NCBI RefSeq assembly: GCF_000317025.1
Contig: NC_019689.1
Coordinates: 3,208,024-3,240,023 of the forward strand
Direction: 5' to 3'
Origin: Pleurocapsa sp. PCC 7327
Lineage (GTDB): Bacteria; Cyanobacteriota; Cyanobacteriia; Cyanobacteriales; Microcystaceae
Length of the DNA: 32,000 bases
Shown: positions 1-8,732 of the stretch, piece after piece
How the letters are laid out: each line of letters opens with the position of its first letter
How positions within the stretch are numbered: position 1 is the first letter of the stretch
Position numbers and translations under genes: made by a program
The notes under the pieces: model-generated
The model's input: the letters and a program-made list of their open reading frames with translations, nothing else
Databases searched by the model: none
Told to the model about the DNA's origin: nothing

Positions 1-141
1 CCGTTCAAAAGGACACTGAGCAGGAATGATTTTGCACAACAACCGAGCCAACTTGGGGTTATGAATCTCTACATTCTCTAGCCACAGACGCATTGGTTGT
101 AGCAGATCGATCCCAAAACTGGTTTGATTTAAGGTAGTCAT
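1..141 (-). CDS. Mo-dependent nitrogenase family protein (Mo-nitro_C-like), N-terminal part, truncated by window edge
   Basis: Reverse-strand reading from ATG at 141 gives MTTLNQTSFGIDLLQPMRLWLENVEIHNPKLARLLCKIIPAQCPFER, open to the window edge. It has a GAGGAG ribosome-binding site upstream. The pattern 'xxRxWLxxxEIxNPxLARxLCKxIPAQCPFER' is typical of this cyanobacterial family. Not in the ORF track. Confidence 0.72.
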   Translation of the reverse strand, partial: MTTLNQTSFGIDLLQPMRLWLENVEIHNPKLARLLCKIIPAQCPFER

Positions 142-273
142 AGGTTAAATCTCCTCAAGTAACCTTCACTCAAACCTATGTCTGACCAAATTACTCTTAT
201 GCAGTCTAATGTCCTCGCGCTGGGTGCGACTTCATGACTTGAAAAGCGCCACACATTCAAGAAACAGATCGTA

Positions 274-334
274 AAACTCTTATCAGTCAATTCTGCGTAG
301 GTGCGATCGCGTGAGAGATATCTTTAAGCGAGTC
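274..334 (+). repeat. 61-bp dispersed direct repeat, copy 1
   Basis: aaactcttatcagtcaattctgcgtaggtgcgatcgcgtgagagatatctttaagcgagtc matches 3897-3957 with only 2 mismatches. A further upstream match 'gcgctgggtgcgact(t/c)cat(g/a)acttga(a/g)aag' lies at about 217-246 versus 3811-3840. Confidence 0.85.
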
Positions 335-523
335 TAACTTATCAGGGTTGACTTAGCAGCAAGAAAACCATTGATGGGTTCCGAATGGGTTAATCCGGTT
401 AAGACTTAAAAAACTGCATAGGTGCGATCGCCTCAGATATACGTTAGCTCGAATCCAGGCTTCAGTTATAAAAACTGAGCCAACTGAAAAAATTGTCTAT
501 CTAATTACAAGGAGATAACTATC

Positions 524-802
524 ATGACTAATTTCCTATTAACAGGCGTAACTGTTGGATTCCTAACTGCTGCATCCCCCTTCTCAGAAGATGCATCCCC
601 ATTCCTGCAAACATCCCCAACTAACCCAACGCCACCCGCTGTTGAGTTAGGGATGGTCGATCGCGCGGTTGGTGAAGCATCCGAAAGCTTACTGTTAGCT
701 GGCTTCTATACTGATGACGGCTACTGCTGGACATCGACTGGCGAGGTTACTAACCCAAATGGAACTGTAATCTATCGAGGAACTCCAAACAGTTGTAGCT
801 AG
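524..802 (+). CDS. small hypothetical protein, probably with N-terminal hydrophobic segment
   Basis: 92-aa ORF with strong RBS (aaggagata) upstream of ATG. Cysteine-containing C-terminus. Confidence 0.5.
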   Translation: MTNFLLTGVTVGFLTAASPFSEDASPFLQTSPTNPTPPAVELGMVDRAVGEASESLLLAGFYTDDGYCWTSTGEVTNPNGTVIYRGTPNSCS

Positions 803-983
803 ACAATCATCGGGCGTTGCTGGCAGGGAAGATAATCCGGCATACTACGAATTGCTTACAGATTGTTTGCAGGCTGCCAACCAGCAACGCTGCCTATTTT
901 AGGTTCAGATGCATTTCAGATGCATTAGCTTAAAGATTTCTATTTCCATAACAGAAATTAAATAATGGAGGTTCAGTGAAACT

Positions 984-1235
984 ATGCTGAATAAAAATGA
1001 TTCTTCACCAGTATTCCCAATCGTCTGTGCAGCGATGATAATCGGTACGCTAACCATCCCATTTACGCACAAATCCGCATCACAATCGCATTCTAACTCC
1101 GATCCATTCGCGGCATATGACAGGTTTGAAGAATGTATGTACGGTTCAAGTCGGAATCCCTTAAATACGCCTTCAAGCTTTGAACAAATTTTAGCGTGTA
1201 AATCTCAATTTAATTCTGAAATGAACGAAAGATAA
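984..1235 (+). CDS. small hypothetical secreted/membrane protein
   Basis: 83-aa ORF with N-terminal hydrophobic segment 'FPIVCAAMIIGTLTIP' and two downstream cysteines. Confidence 0.45.
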   Translation: MLNKNDSSPVFPIVCAAMIIGTLTIPFTHKSASQSHSNSDPFAAYDRFEECMYGSSRNPLNTPSSFEQILACKSQFNSEMNER

Positions 1236-1329
1236 ATATCTGATTCGAGACTGTATTGAATGCAGAAATACGATCGCTGGTACCAGTAAATTTGTAACAG
1301 ATTCCTAAATATGGAGTGCAACTGGAATT

Positions 1330-1620
1330 ATGTTCGCTAAAAGCAATTCACCAACAATCCTAGTTGCTTGTGCAACAGTATTAATGGGCGCATTAGTCAG
1401 TTGCGATCGAGCCGAACAATCACCTGTTTTTCCTCCAGAAAGAGGCGGGGAAAGGATATCTAATCCAGTGTCAAAAAAGGAGGAGATTTGTGAGGAAGAA
1501 GCAGCAATCCGCCAACGATATTACAACCAATGCGTGGAACAAAGAAATCAAATGGAGGGTGGTGTTGGTACGACTACGCCCTGTGAAGATTGGTTACGAA
1601 CCCCAGCCGCGTGTTTATGA
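1330..1620 (+). CDS. small hypothetical lipoprotein-like protein
   Basis: 96-aa ORF with N-terminal hydrophobic segment followed by a Cys (ILVACATVLMGALVSCDR), lipobox-like, and Cys-rich C-terminal part. Confidence 0.5.
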   Translation: MFAKSNSPTILVACATVLMGALVSCDRAEQSPVFPPERGGERISNPVSKKEEICEEEAAIRQRYYNQCVEQRNQMEGGVGTTTPCEDWLRTPAACL

Positions 1621-1695
1621 TGACGCTACCAACTATTGATTTGGCTACAAAACTGTCATTAAAGCATGTTCCAATCGCAGGGGAATTGATGATTT

Positions 1696-2709
1696 ATGTA
1701 TAGCGATCTTGAGGCGATTTGGCAAATAACACTTACTCGACCTCACGTCATTGAAATCAAAAACACAGGTGGCTTTTTTCAAGATAAATTCAGAGTCATT
1801 GTCGATGGAATTGAAATTTTAAATAAACTAATCTTTTTAGGTTATGGCTCGCACTCATTTATCTTGGATGATTCTCTTGTAGAAATCCGTTGGTTTGTCA
1901 ACTATTTTTCGGGGAAAATAGATTCCATTGTGCTGATGCAAGACAAGATAATCCTTGCTCAGTATGGCAGCGATCGCGCTGCCCGTAAAACTTTTATTTC
2001 TGCTTGCGATCGAGCATTTTTATCCAATCAAAATAATGAGGAAAAAATGGAGAAGAATGAAACAGGAATTATGATGCTAGCCTTATTAATTACTACTAGC
2101 ATTATTGGCGGCGGTATTTGGTGGCTTAGTCATAATTTTGACTTTTTTGAACGAGATAAAAATCCAACATCAATTTCTACACCTTTACCAACAACTAATC
2201 CAAATGAATCAACAGAAGAAGGAGCGGATGGGCTTCCTTCTCCCGAATCAGAGATATCCGAGCCATTTTCGACTGGAGATCGACCGACAGTTCAACCCAT
2301 TGAAACTCCTGTTCGGACTCAATCAGACGAGCTTCCAGCCTATGTTAATGGATACCTAGTATGGAGAGGGAAACAAATTCCCGTTGATTGGGGAGAAATG
2401 CCATACTATTTCCAAATCGAGAGGATCGATGTAGAAAAAAAAGAAATGCCAAACAGTGGCAAGCTAGTTACTGCCATTACTTTCATTGTTACAGCTAGAC
2501 GTGAGGTGTTTTATTCTGACAGTAGTTTTTATATTAAATACTATGACTCAGACGGAATTGAAGTTAGACCTTCTAATCTAGGGCTTCCACAGGTTGAGTA
2601 CAATCCCAGGATTAGGCGTAGTCGCAAGCGTAGTAGAGCATTCTTTCCCATTCCAGAAGGCGATGAACTTTCCCAGGTTAATGTAATTAAGCTCGAAGGA
2701 AGCCCCTAG
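1696..2709 (+). CDS. hypothetical membrane protein: N-terminal soluble beta-rich domain, one TM segment, C-terminal domain
   Basis: 337-aa ORF. Single TM stretch 'GIMMLALLITTSIIGGGIWWLSHNF' followed by Ser/Thr/Pro-rich linker. Confidence 0.7.
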   Translation: MYSDLEAIWQITLTRPHVIEIKNTGGFFQDKFRVIVDGIEILNKLIFLGYGSHSFILDDSLVEIRWFVNYFSGKIDSIVLMQDKIILAQYGSDRAARKTFISACDRAFLSNQNNEEKMEKNETGIMMLALLITTSIIGGGIWWLSHNFDFFERDKNPTSISTPLPTTNPNESTEEGADGLPSPESEISEPFSTGDRPTVQPIETPVRTQSDELPAYVNGYLVWRGKQIPVDWGEMPYYFQIERIDVEKKEMPNSGKLVTAITFIVTARREVFYSDSSFYIKYYDSDGIEVRPSNLGLPQVEYNPRIRRSRKRSRAFFPIPEGDELSQVNVIKLEGSP

Positions 2710-2955
2710 ATCGAGAATAATCCAATCCAATTTATCTGTCTTGAGTGCGTCGATCTATCCTAATAAAAGCATCTTTGAGGGAGAAAGAAATCGATCGACG
2801 AATACCTCTTAGGACTAGAACATCTCAAGTCGCTGCATTACTCGTGGCAAGAATGCCAGCAAATGGAGGACATCTATTTAGATCATCGGAACTACCGCAT
2901 CAGGTAAGAAAGCAGGACTGTTTACTAAAGCCGATGAGACAAGCGCGATCGCCAT

Positions 2956-3384
2956 CTATTCTCCTAGTTCATGCACGTAAGCGGGTCGGGGAGAGAGTCG
3001 ATCGAGTAAAACCCGATCGATTGTCCAAAATTGGGCAGATTCGCTTTCGGCAACTGCTAGAAAGGAAGCATCATAGAGGGTTGGGAGTTGATACTGCTGT
3101 GCAAGTTCCCAGGATCTCATTCTAACCGACTCCTCATTGATGTAGTCTATGGGGAAATTACAAAAGTCCTCATAACAGCCTTGCGCTTGCTCTGCCGTCA
3201 GCAAATCCATCCTGATTTTTTTTCGCAAGACAGACCCGATTTCTGCCCAAGCAAAGGCGGGAGCCACTAAACGGGCAGCCCCTGAAACGGCTTCTAATAC
3301 CAGAGTATCTGCCTGGGGTTCGTGTTCGTCTGGGACGAGGTAGGACACTAAAACGCTGGTATCTAGACAGAAAACTCTATTCAC
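2956..3384 (-). CDS. PIN-domain toxin, VapC-like
   Basis: 142 aa. 'FCLDTSVLVSYLVPDE' N-terminal acidic motif and 'PTLYDASFLAVAE' central acidic motif. Overlaps the upstream antitoxin ORF by 8 nt. Confidence 0.88.
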   Translation of the reverse strand: MNRVFCLDTSVLVSYLVPDEHEPQADTLVLEAVSGAARLVAPAFAWAEIGSVLRKKIRMDLLTAEQAQGCYEDFCNFPIDYINEESVRMRSWELAQQYQLPTLYDASFLAVAESESAQFWTIDRVLLDRLSPRPAYVHELGE

Positions 3385-3631
3385 GCCGCCCTTCTCCTTT
3401 TCTAAGAGCGCGAATCAGTGCGGTAGCATCTGGCTGTACGCCAGTTTTCGCCTTAATTTCAGCCCGCCTAGCCACAATGCTCTCATGGGCTGAGAGTGCA
3501 CGCCTCCGTTTCACCTCTCGCTCTACTGCTTCTACCACTAGCTCATTGAAGGATTCCCCACCATATTTTAGCTGTTTGGCTTGACAGACTAACTTGGCAG
3601 GAAAGCGGATGGTAACGGCTTCACGTTCCAT
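3377..3631 (-). CDS. putative antitoxin paired with the PIN toxin (VapB-like, ribbon-helix-helix-like)
   Basis: 84 aa, basic and helical. 'VTIRFPAKLVCQAKQLKYGGESFNELVVEAVEREVKRRRA' resembles RHH antitoxins. Located immediately upstream of and overlapping vapC-like ORF. Confidence 0.8.
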   Translation of the reverse strand: MEREAVTIRFPAKLVCQAKQLKYGGESFNELVVEAVEREVKRRRALSAHESIVARRAEIKAKTGVQPDATALIRALRKGEGRRE

Positions 3632-3896
3632 ATCGATCTATCTAGTAACTTAATTGTGATATCATTTATTGTAACCTTTTTGCGATAGCAATGGTTCGCT
3701 CCGCCTCTCTAATCGCGCTTGAATCTCGCCTGAGACGTTGGAGAGAAAATTGTATTCGGTACACTGTTCTATTGCGTTTCCAGATCCGTCAGTTCAGGGG
3801 CAAGGCGATCGCGCTGGGTGCGACTCCATAACTTGAGAAGCTCCGCCTCCGAGAGGTTGAAGTTTTTAAAGACTGTGCATTTAGGAAATAGTTGGC

Positions 3897-3957
3897 AAAC
3901 TCTTATCAGTCAATTCTGCATAGGTGCGATCGCGTGAGAGATATCTTTAAGCGAATC
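3897..3957 (+). repeat. 61-bp dispersed direct repeat, copy 2
   Basis: 59 of 61 bases match 274-334. Confidence 0.85.
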
Positions 3958-3976
3958 AGACTACAGGAGTACTGAG

Positions 3977-4225
3977 ATGGATATAGTCAAAAAAGTAGCG
4001 GATAGAATCGCTAATGGAGCAAACTACCTAGCCGACGAGGCAGAAAAGCGGATGAACTACTCCAGAGGCTTTAAAGACGGATATAACGACCGACCTCGTA
4101 ATCGTTTTTTTGAGAATCTCAGCGATTATCAAGAAGGATACGAAGCAGGACGTAAACAAGCTCAAGCAGATACGAAATCTCCTTCCCTATTACCTCGTTC
4201 TTTCCAAAAGCCTAATGAGGATTAA
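3977..4225 (+). CDS. small hypothetical protein
   Basis: 82 aa with RBS-like aggagta upstream. Contains 'GFKDGYNDR' and 'YQEGYEAGRKQ' repeats. Confidence 0.5.
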   Translation: MDIVKKVADRIANGANYLADEAEKRMNYSRGFKDGYNDRPRNRFFENLSDYQEGYEAGRKQAQADTKSPSLLPRSFQKPNED

Positions 4226-4288
4226 CCTCTAAGAAACTTGAGAAATTCCTGGCTGAAAAGCCAGGAGTAGTTTATACAAGGAGTTGTC

Positions 4289-4744
4289 ATGAGTAATAGA
4301 TTCAAGCTTATATCTCGTCGAATTTTAGCTGAGAGGGGTTCTCCTTTGAGATTTGGGAATCATGTCGGTGTTTACGATGAAAGATACGAAGAGGTTTTAG
4401 ACCTTGGCTTCAATGAAGAAGACAATTCCATAATTATTAGAATTAGTTCGCTTGAAGAATTTAAACAAGGGGAACAAGTCAGATTTGAGTTAATAGAAGG
4501 AATGAGTTCTGAATCGGAAATTGAAAGTAGGTGGCACGCAATATCCTCAGCGTGGAAAAATAGCGAATTAAACCATCTTAAATTCAATCTTTATTCACTA
4601 AATTGTGAAACTCTGGCGTACTTCGTGCTGACAGGCAGAGAAAATACTCCACAAGGGGAAGAACTCAACGATTTAATCGGGGAGATGCTAGTTGGATCAT
4701 TAAGAGGACTGGCTAATATTCTGAGGAGCTGGTCTTCTGATTGA
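4289..4744 (+). CDS. candidate LRAT/NlpC-like (permuted papain-fold) protein
   Basis: 151 aa with RBS aaggag. 'SPLRFGNHVGVYDE' (candidate catalytic His), 'SLEEFKQGEQV' and 'FNLYSLNCETLAYFVLTGR' (candidate catalytic Cys) match the motif order of LRAT-domain proteins. Motif reading only. Confidence 0.5.
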   Translation: MSNRFKLISRRILAERGSPLRFGNHVGVYDERYEEVLDLGFNEEDNSIIIRISSLEEFKQGEQVRFELIEGMSSESEIESRWHAISSAWKNSELNHLKFNLYSLNCETLAYFVLTGRENTPQGEELNDLIGEMLVGSLRGLANILRSWSSD

Positions 4745-4776
4745 TTAGTGATAAGCACATGGAGAGTTGAAATACT

Positions 4777-5625
4777 ATGTCTGAGCCGCTTCAAGAGAAT
4801 TTGCAGTCACACGTCAAGGAAATTGCGCGTCCACGAGATCCCTATCTTGCCAATGGTGGGCATTTTTACGTCCAAGAATATATTCGTCAAGAGTTAGCAC
4901 AATGGGGGGAAGTAGAGGTACATGAATTTCAAGTGCGGGGTAAAACCCACCAAAATTTCATCCTCGATTTACCCAATGATACCAATACTCAGAAACCACC
5001 GATTTTAATTGGTGCACACTATGATGCGGTTATTGGTTCTCCTGGTGCTGACGACAATGCTACAGGTGTAGCTGTATTGTTGGAATTGGCAAGAATCTTT
5101 GCTGCTGAACCAGGACATTATCCTTTGAGGTTGGTGGCATTCGATCTTGAGGAATACAATTTGCTAGGTAGTTTTTGCTATGCCAGCAAATTACGACGAC
5201 AAGAACAGCCCTTACGTTTAACCATTTCTTTAGAAATGTTAGGTTATTGCAACCATAATCCCGGTTCGCAACAATACCCTCCTGGCTTAAATTTTTTCTA
5301 TCCTAGCAAAGGTGATTTCATTGCCTTAATTGGCAATTTGCCTACCTTACTTGACCTAATTCATATTAGTTACCACATTAAAAACACAGGAATCCCTTGT
5401 GAATGGCTTCCAGTGGCGATAAGGGGTTTGCTGCTTCCTGATACTCGAAGAAGCGATCATGCTCCTTTTTGGGACAACGGCTATCCAGCCATTATGGTCA
5501 CTGACACAGCCAATTTACGAAATCCTCATTACCATCAGCCAAGTGACACCATCGATACTGTAGATTTTGAGTTTTTAACAGGCGTTTTGAAGGGTCTAGC
5601 TACTGGTATTAGAAACATAAGATGA
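4777..5625 (+). CDS. M28 family peptidase-like (zinc aminopeptidase fold)
   Basis: 282 aa. 'ILIGAHYDAVIGSPGADDNATGVAVLLELAR', 'VAFDLEEYNLLGS' and 'SDHAPFWDNGYPAIMVTDTANLRNPHYHQPSDTIDTVDF' are the M28 metal and catalytic motifs. Confidence 0.92.
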   Translation: MSEPLQENLQSHVKEIARPRDPYLANGGHFYVQEYIRQELAQWGEVEVHEFQVRGKTHQNFILDLPNDTNTQKPPILIGAHYDAVIGSPGADDNATGVAVLLELARIFAAEPGHYPLRLVAFDLEEYNLLGSFCYASKLRRQEQPLRLTISLEMLGYCNHNPGSQQYPPGLNFFYPSKGDFIALIGNLPTLLDLIHISYHIKNTGIPCEWLPVAIRGLLLPDTRRSDHAPFWDNGYPAIMVTDTANLRNPHYHQPSDTIDTVDFEFLTGVLKGLATGIRNIR

Positions 5626-5641
5626 AATTGAGAGAAAAAAC

Positions 5642-7540
5642 ATGGATGTCAAACATATTCACTTTATTGGTTTCGACTTAGGACACGGGCAAACCGCACT
5701 TGCATCTATCCCAACCCACGCTTCTGCTCGCTTGGAAATCCTTGAGATTAATAATAAAAAGGTTCAGACCACAGCATTTAAGCGCAGCGACGATGGAAAA
5801 ATTGCTACAGGCGATCGAGCTTTTAATAGCGTTGTTGAGCCTCCGAATCAACTCTGTATTGCTTTCAAAAAAAGAGCAACTTCAGAGCCTGAGTACAGAA
5901 AAAATATGCAAGAGTATTATTACTCAACCCTTCAGCATCTCCAGGAAACTAATCAAGTGCCTCAATGGCATGACAGAGTTATTATCATCGGTTGCCCCTC
6001 CGAGTGGAAGCAAAAAGAACGCGAATCTTATCAAGAGCTTTTCAGTAATCCCCAATTTCCAAAGCCTGAAGTTGTTTCTGAGTCCCGTGCTGCTCTTCTC
6101 CATGTCATGGAACAGCAGGGAAAAACTCTCACCAAGGCGGATCTTGATGACGGGGCTGTGCTGGTCATTGATTGTGGCTCTTCTACCACGGATTTTACGA
6201 TTATTCATGGTTGGAATTCAGAAGAGCCATTAAAAGATTTTGGGGAAGACCTTGGTGCTTCTTACTTTGATGAAGAAATTTTCAAATACTCAGTAGAACA
6301 AAATGAAGATGCAGCTAATCTCATTGCTTTGATTCAAGCAAATGCCAATCTAGTGCCCATAATGAAATACCTCTGCCGACAAGCGAAAGAGAAATATTTT
6401 GATGCTCCAGATGATTTCGCTGAAGACAATGTTTCGGTTGGCTATCGACGGATTGGGAATACAATTTTCGAGCCATTGGTTAATGGCGTGCTGATGAATC
6501 AACTAATTCACCAACCGCTTGCTAATTCTCAATATTCATGGATTCAAACTTTCCAAAATCTCCTTCAAAGAGCTAAAAATGAGATTACCACGCGGGGATA
6601 TTCTCTAAGAGCCATACTGCTTACAGGTGGAGCTTCTCGTATGGGTTTTATTAGAGAAAGCATTAAGCAAATATTTCTTCAAGAAAACCCAGAAATCAAG
6701 TTTCAACAAGATCCAGAGCCAGAATTTTCAGTTGCTAGTGGATTAGCTCGATGGGGAAGGCGACGATATCTAATCGAATCTTTCCGTGAGAATACCAAAC
6801 GTGTCTTTGATGAAGAAATGCCTGAGCTAATTGAAAAACACAGCAGTGAGTTTCTAGATATCCTTATACCTAAGCTCATGGATACAGTTATTCCTCTATT
6901 TGTTATTCCGGGTCTATTTGATTGGAAGCAAGGAAAATTCGAGACGACTGAAGTTCTTCAGAAACAAATTAAGCAACAAACTAATCAGTGGTTGCAAACA
7001 TCTGAAGGAATAGAACTTATAGCTTCAGTCGGTAACGAGTGGTGGCATAAGGGGGTTGGCAAGGAGTTTTTATTTTTTATAGATCCTCTGTGTAGAAAGC
7101 ATGATGTACCTACAGGTTCAATGGATCTTAAAATTCCTTTTCGTTCAGAAAGTTTTTTCGATCCAGAATTTCCTTTCCCTATTCCACTAGAGCCACTAGT
7201 CAGATTCATTGGTTACATTATTTTTTGGGTAATTGTGTGGGCATTACCTTTAGGTGGTCCGATAATCGCCGCTTTTATCACTTTCTTTGCCAAGGATGAG
7301 GTTGACAAATTTATTGACCTGAGCATCAAGAAAATTAATATGCCAAAGTTGCTAAGAACCACTGTTAATGATACGGAGATTGAGAGTCTCGATCTTAAAC
7401 GGCACGAAATTGCGAACAAAACACGAGAAATGATTAGTAGTGATGATAAAGCTATGAAAAATATCACCTCGCAAATTCTCAAACACCTACGTACAGAAGT
7501 CGAAAAAAAGGCTGATGAAGCTAGTCGTTTTATTCAGTAA
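5642..7540 (+). CDS. Hsp70/actin-fold ATPase-like protein with C-terminal membrane segment
   Basis: 632 aa. Phosphate-1-like 'FIGFDLGHGQTALASI', phosphate-2-like 'VLVIDCGSSTTDFTII', adenosine-motif-like 'ILLTGGASRMGFI'. Hydrophobic hairpin 'PLVRFIGYIIFWVIVWALPLGGPIIAAFITFFA'. Confidence 0.82.
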   Translation: MDVKHIHFIGFDLGHGQTALASIPTHASARLEILEINNKKVQTTAFKRSDDGKIATGDRAFNSVVEPPNQLCIAFKKRATSEPEYRKNMQEYYYSTLQHLQETNQVPQWHDRVIIIGCPSEWKQKERESYQELFSNPQFPKPEVVSESRAALLHVMEQQGKTLTKADLDDGAVLVIDCGSSTTDFTIIHGWNSEEPLKDFGEDLGASYFDEEIFKYSVEQNEDAANLIALIQANANLVPIMKYLCRQAKEKYFDAPDDFAEDNVSVGYRRIGNTIFEPLVNGVLMNQLIHQPLANSQYSWIQTFQNLLQRAKNEITTRGYSLRAILLTGGASRMGFIRESIKQIFLQENPEIKFQQDPEPEFSVASGLARWGRRRYLIESFRENTKRVFDEEMPELIEKHSSEFLDILIPKLMDTVIPLFVIPGLFDWKQGKFETTEVLQKQIKQQTNQWLQTSEGIELIASVGNEWWHKGVGKEFLFFIDPLCRKHDVPTGSMDLKIPFRSESFFDPEFPFPIPLEPLVRFIGYIIFWVIVWALPLGGPIIAAFITFFAKDEVDKFIDLSIKKINMPKLLRTTVNDTEIESLDLKRHEIANKTREMISSDDKAMKNITSQILKHLRTEVEKKADEASRFIQ

Positions 7541-7583
7541 AAAAGCAAAAATTAAGAACAGTAAAAATAATTAGGAGTCAGCC

Positions 7584-8717
7584 ATGTTTTTTAATTGGTT
7601 CGGAAATAAATCCAACAAATACGAAGATTACTACGACAAAATAATTGCATCTCCGATACCAGCATTAGAAAGAGAGATAGATAAATGTCTAGAAGACTTT
7701 ACGAACGAAAGACGAGAACTCAAAAAATTTCGTCAAGATATTGATGAGCAAATAAAACAGATAGAAGAAACTCAGCAAAGGCAGCGATATCTTTTTAACA
7801 GTCTCGGAGAACTATTATCTCAAAACAATATTCCAGTTACTCCTCAAAATATTAAGTGGGTGATGCAACAAATCCAAGCTCAACCGAATGAATATTCTTT
7901 TGTTGAGCAACAAATGATTTATTGGCGCAAACATCATCTTGAGTTAGCTATTAGACAAATAATCCAGAAACTCCCTTATCCTCCACCTGTGGTAGAACAA
8001 ACAGTAGCTTGGATGGTACAACAGGTAAACGCTCAACAAAATGAAATCCTCTTTATTCAACAGCAAATGCTTTATGAACGCCAAGAATATCTAGCTCACA
8101 TAATTAGATATGGCTTACAAAATATTGGTCGTCCTATCCCAGTGAATTTACCCAATATTAACGGATTGATACAGTATATTAATACTCACTTTCAATGTCA
8201 ATGCCAACCAGATGAAGGTTCTTTTTTTGGCGAACAAATGCAACTTTATTGGTCAGGACAACCCCTACCAATCGACCGCAAAAGTTACCTTAAAAGTTGT
8301 ACGCTTGAATTCTTCTACAAAAGAGTTGCTCATTATCACAAGAGGTCGGGAAGAAGTAGAAATCTATCCTATCAACAAGATTTAGCTGCTATTGATAGAC
8401 AGAAAGAAGTAAATGCCTATCACAAATATCTGGATGAAAAACGCCTAGTTGAACACCTAGAAAATACTCAAAGGAATTGGGAAGGATTAGGAAGTAGCTT
8501 AAGCCGGGATTTGGCTAACGAACAATTAGAATTGCGTAAAAGATGGGAAGCTGCAATGCTGGCAGCAGATTCTAGCGAACAATTTAGTCAAAATGCCGCA
8601 AAATTCCAGAAGTTAGCAGAAGAAGAAGAAAGGAAATTAAAGTATTATGAACAGCTAAATATTGACGTTTTTACTGAAGGTTTAGTTGATTTTATTCTCA
8701 CAGAACCATTAGATTAA
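7584..8717 (+). CDS. coiled-coil protein with internal ~50-aa repeats
   Basis: 377 aa. Heptad-like charged N- and C-terminal segments and three degenerate internal repeats around 'WMVQQVNAQQNEILFIQQQMLYE'. Confidence 0.75.
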   Translation: MFFNWFGNKSNKYEDYYDKIIASPIPALEREIDKCLEDFTNERRELKKFRQDIDEQIKQIEETQQRQRYLFNSLGELLSQNNIPVTPQNIKWVMQQIQAQPNEYSFVEQQMIYWRKHHLELAIRQIIQKLPYPPPVVEQTVAWMVQQVNAQQNEILFIQQQMLYERQEYLAHIIRYGLQNIGRPIPVNLPNINGLIQYINTHFQCQCQPDEGSFFGEQMQLYWSGQPLPIDRKSYLKSCTLEFFYKRVAHYHKRSGRSRNLSYQQDLAAIDRQKEVNAYHKYLDEKRLVEHLENTQRNWEGLGSSLSRDLANEQLELRKRWEAAMLAADSSEQFSQNAAKFQKLAEEEERKLKYYEQLNIDVFTEGLVDFILTEPLD

Positions 8718-8732
8718 ATTGGGAGAAAAAGT

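Noticed and set aside
2745-3125. 126-aa plus-strand ORF
   Set aside because: Arg-rich low-quality translation, overlaps the 3' part of the convincing PIN-domain gene on the other strand, and has no recognisable motif.
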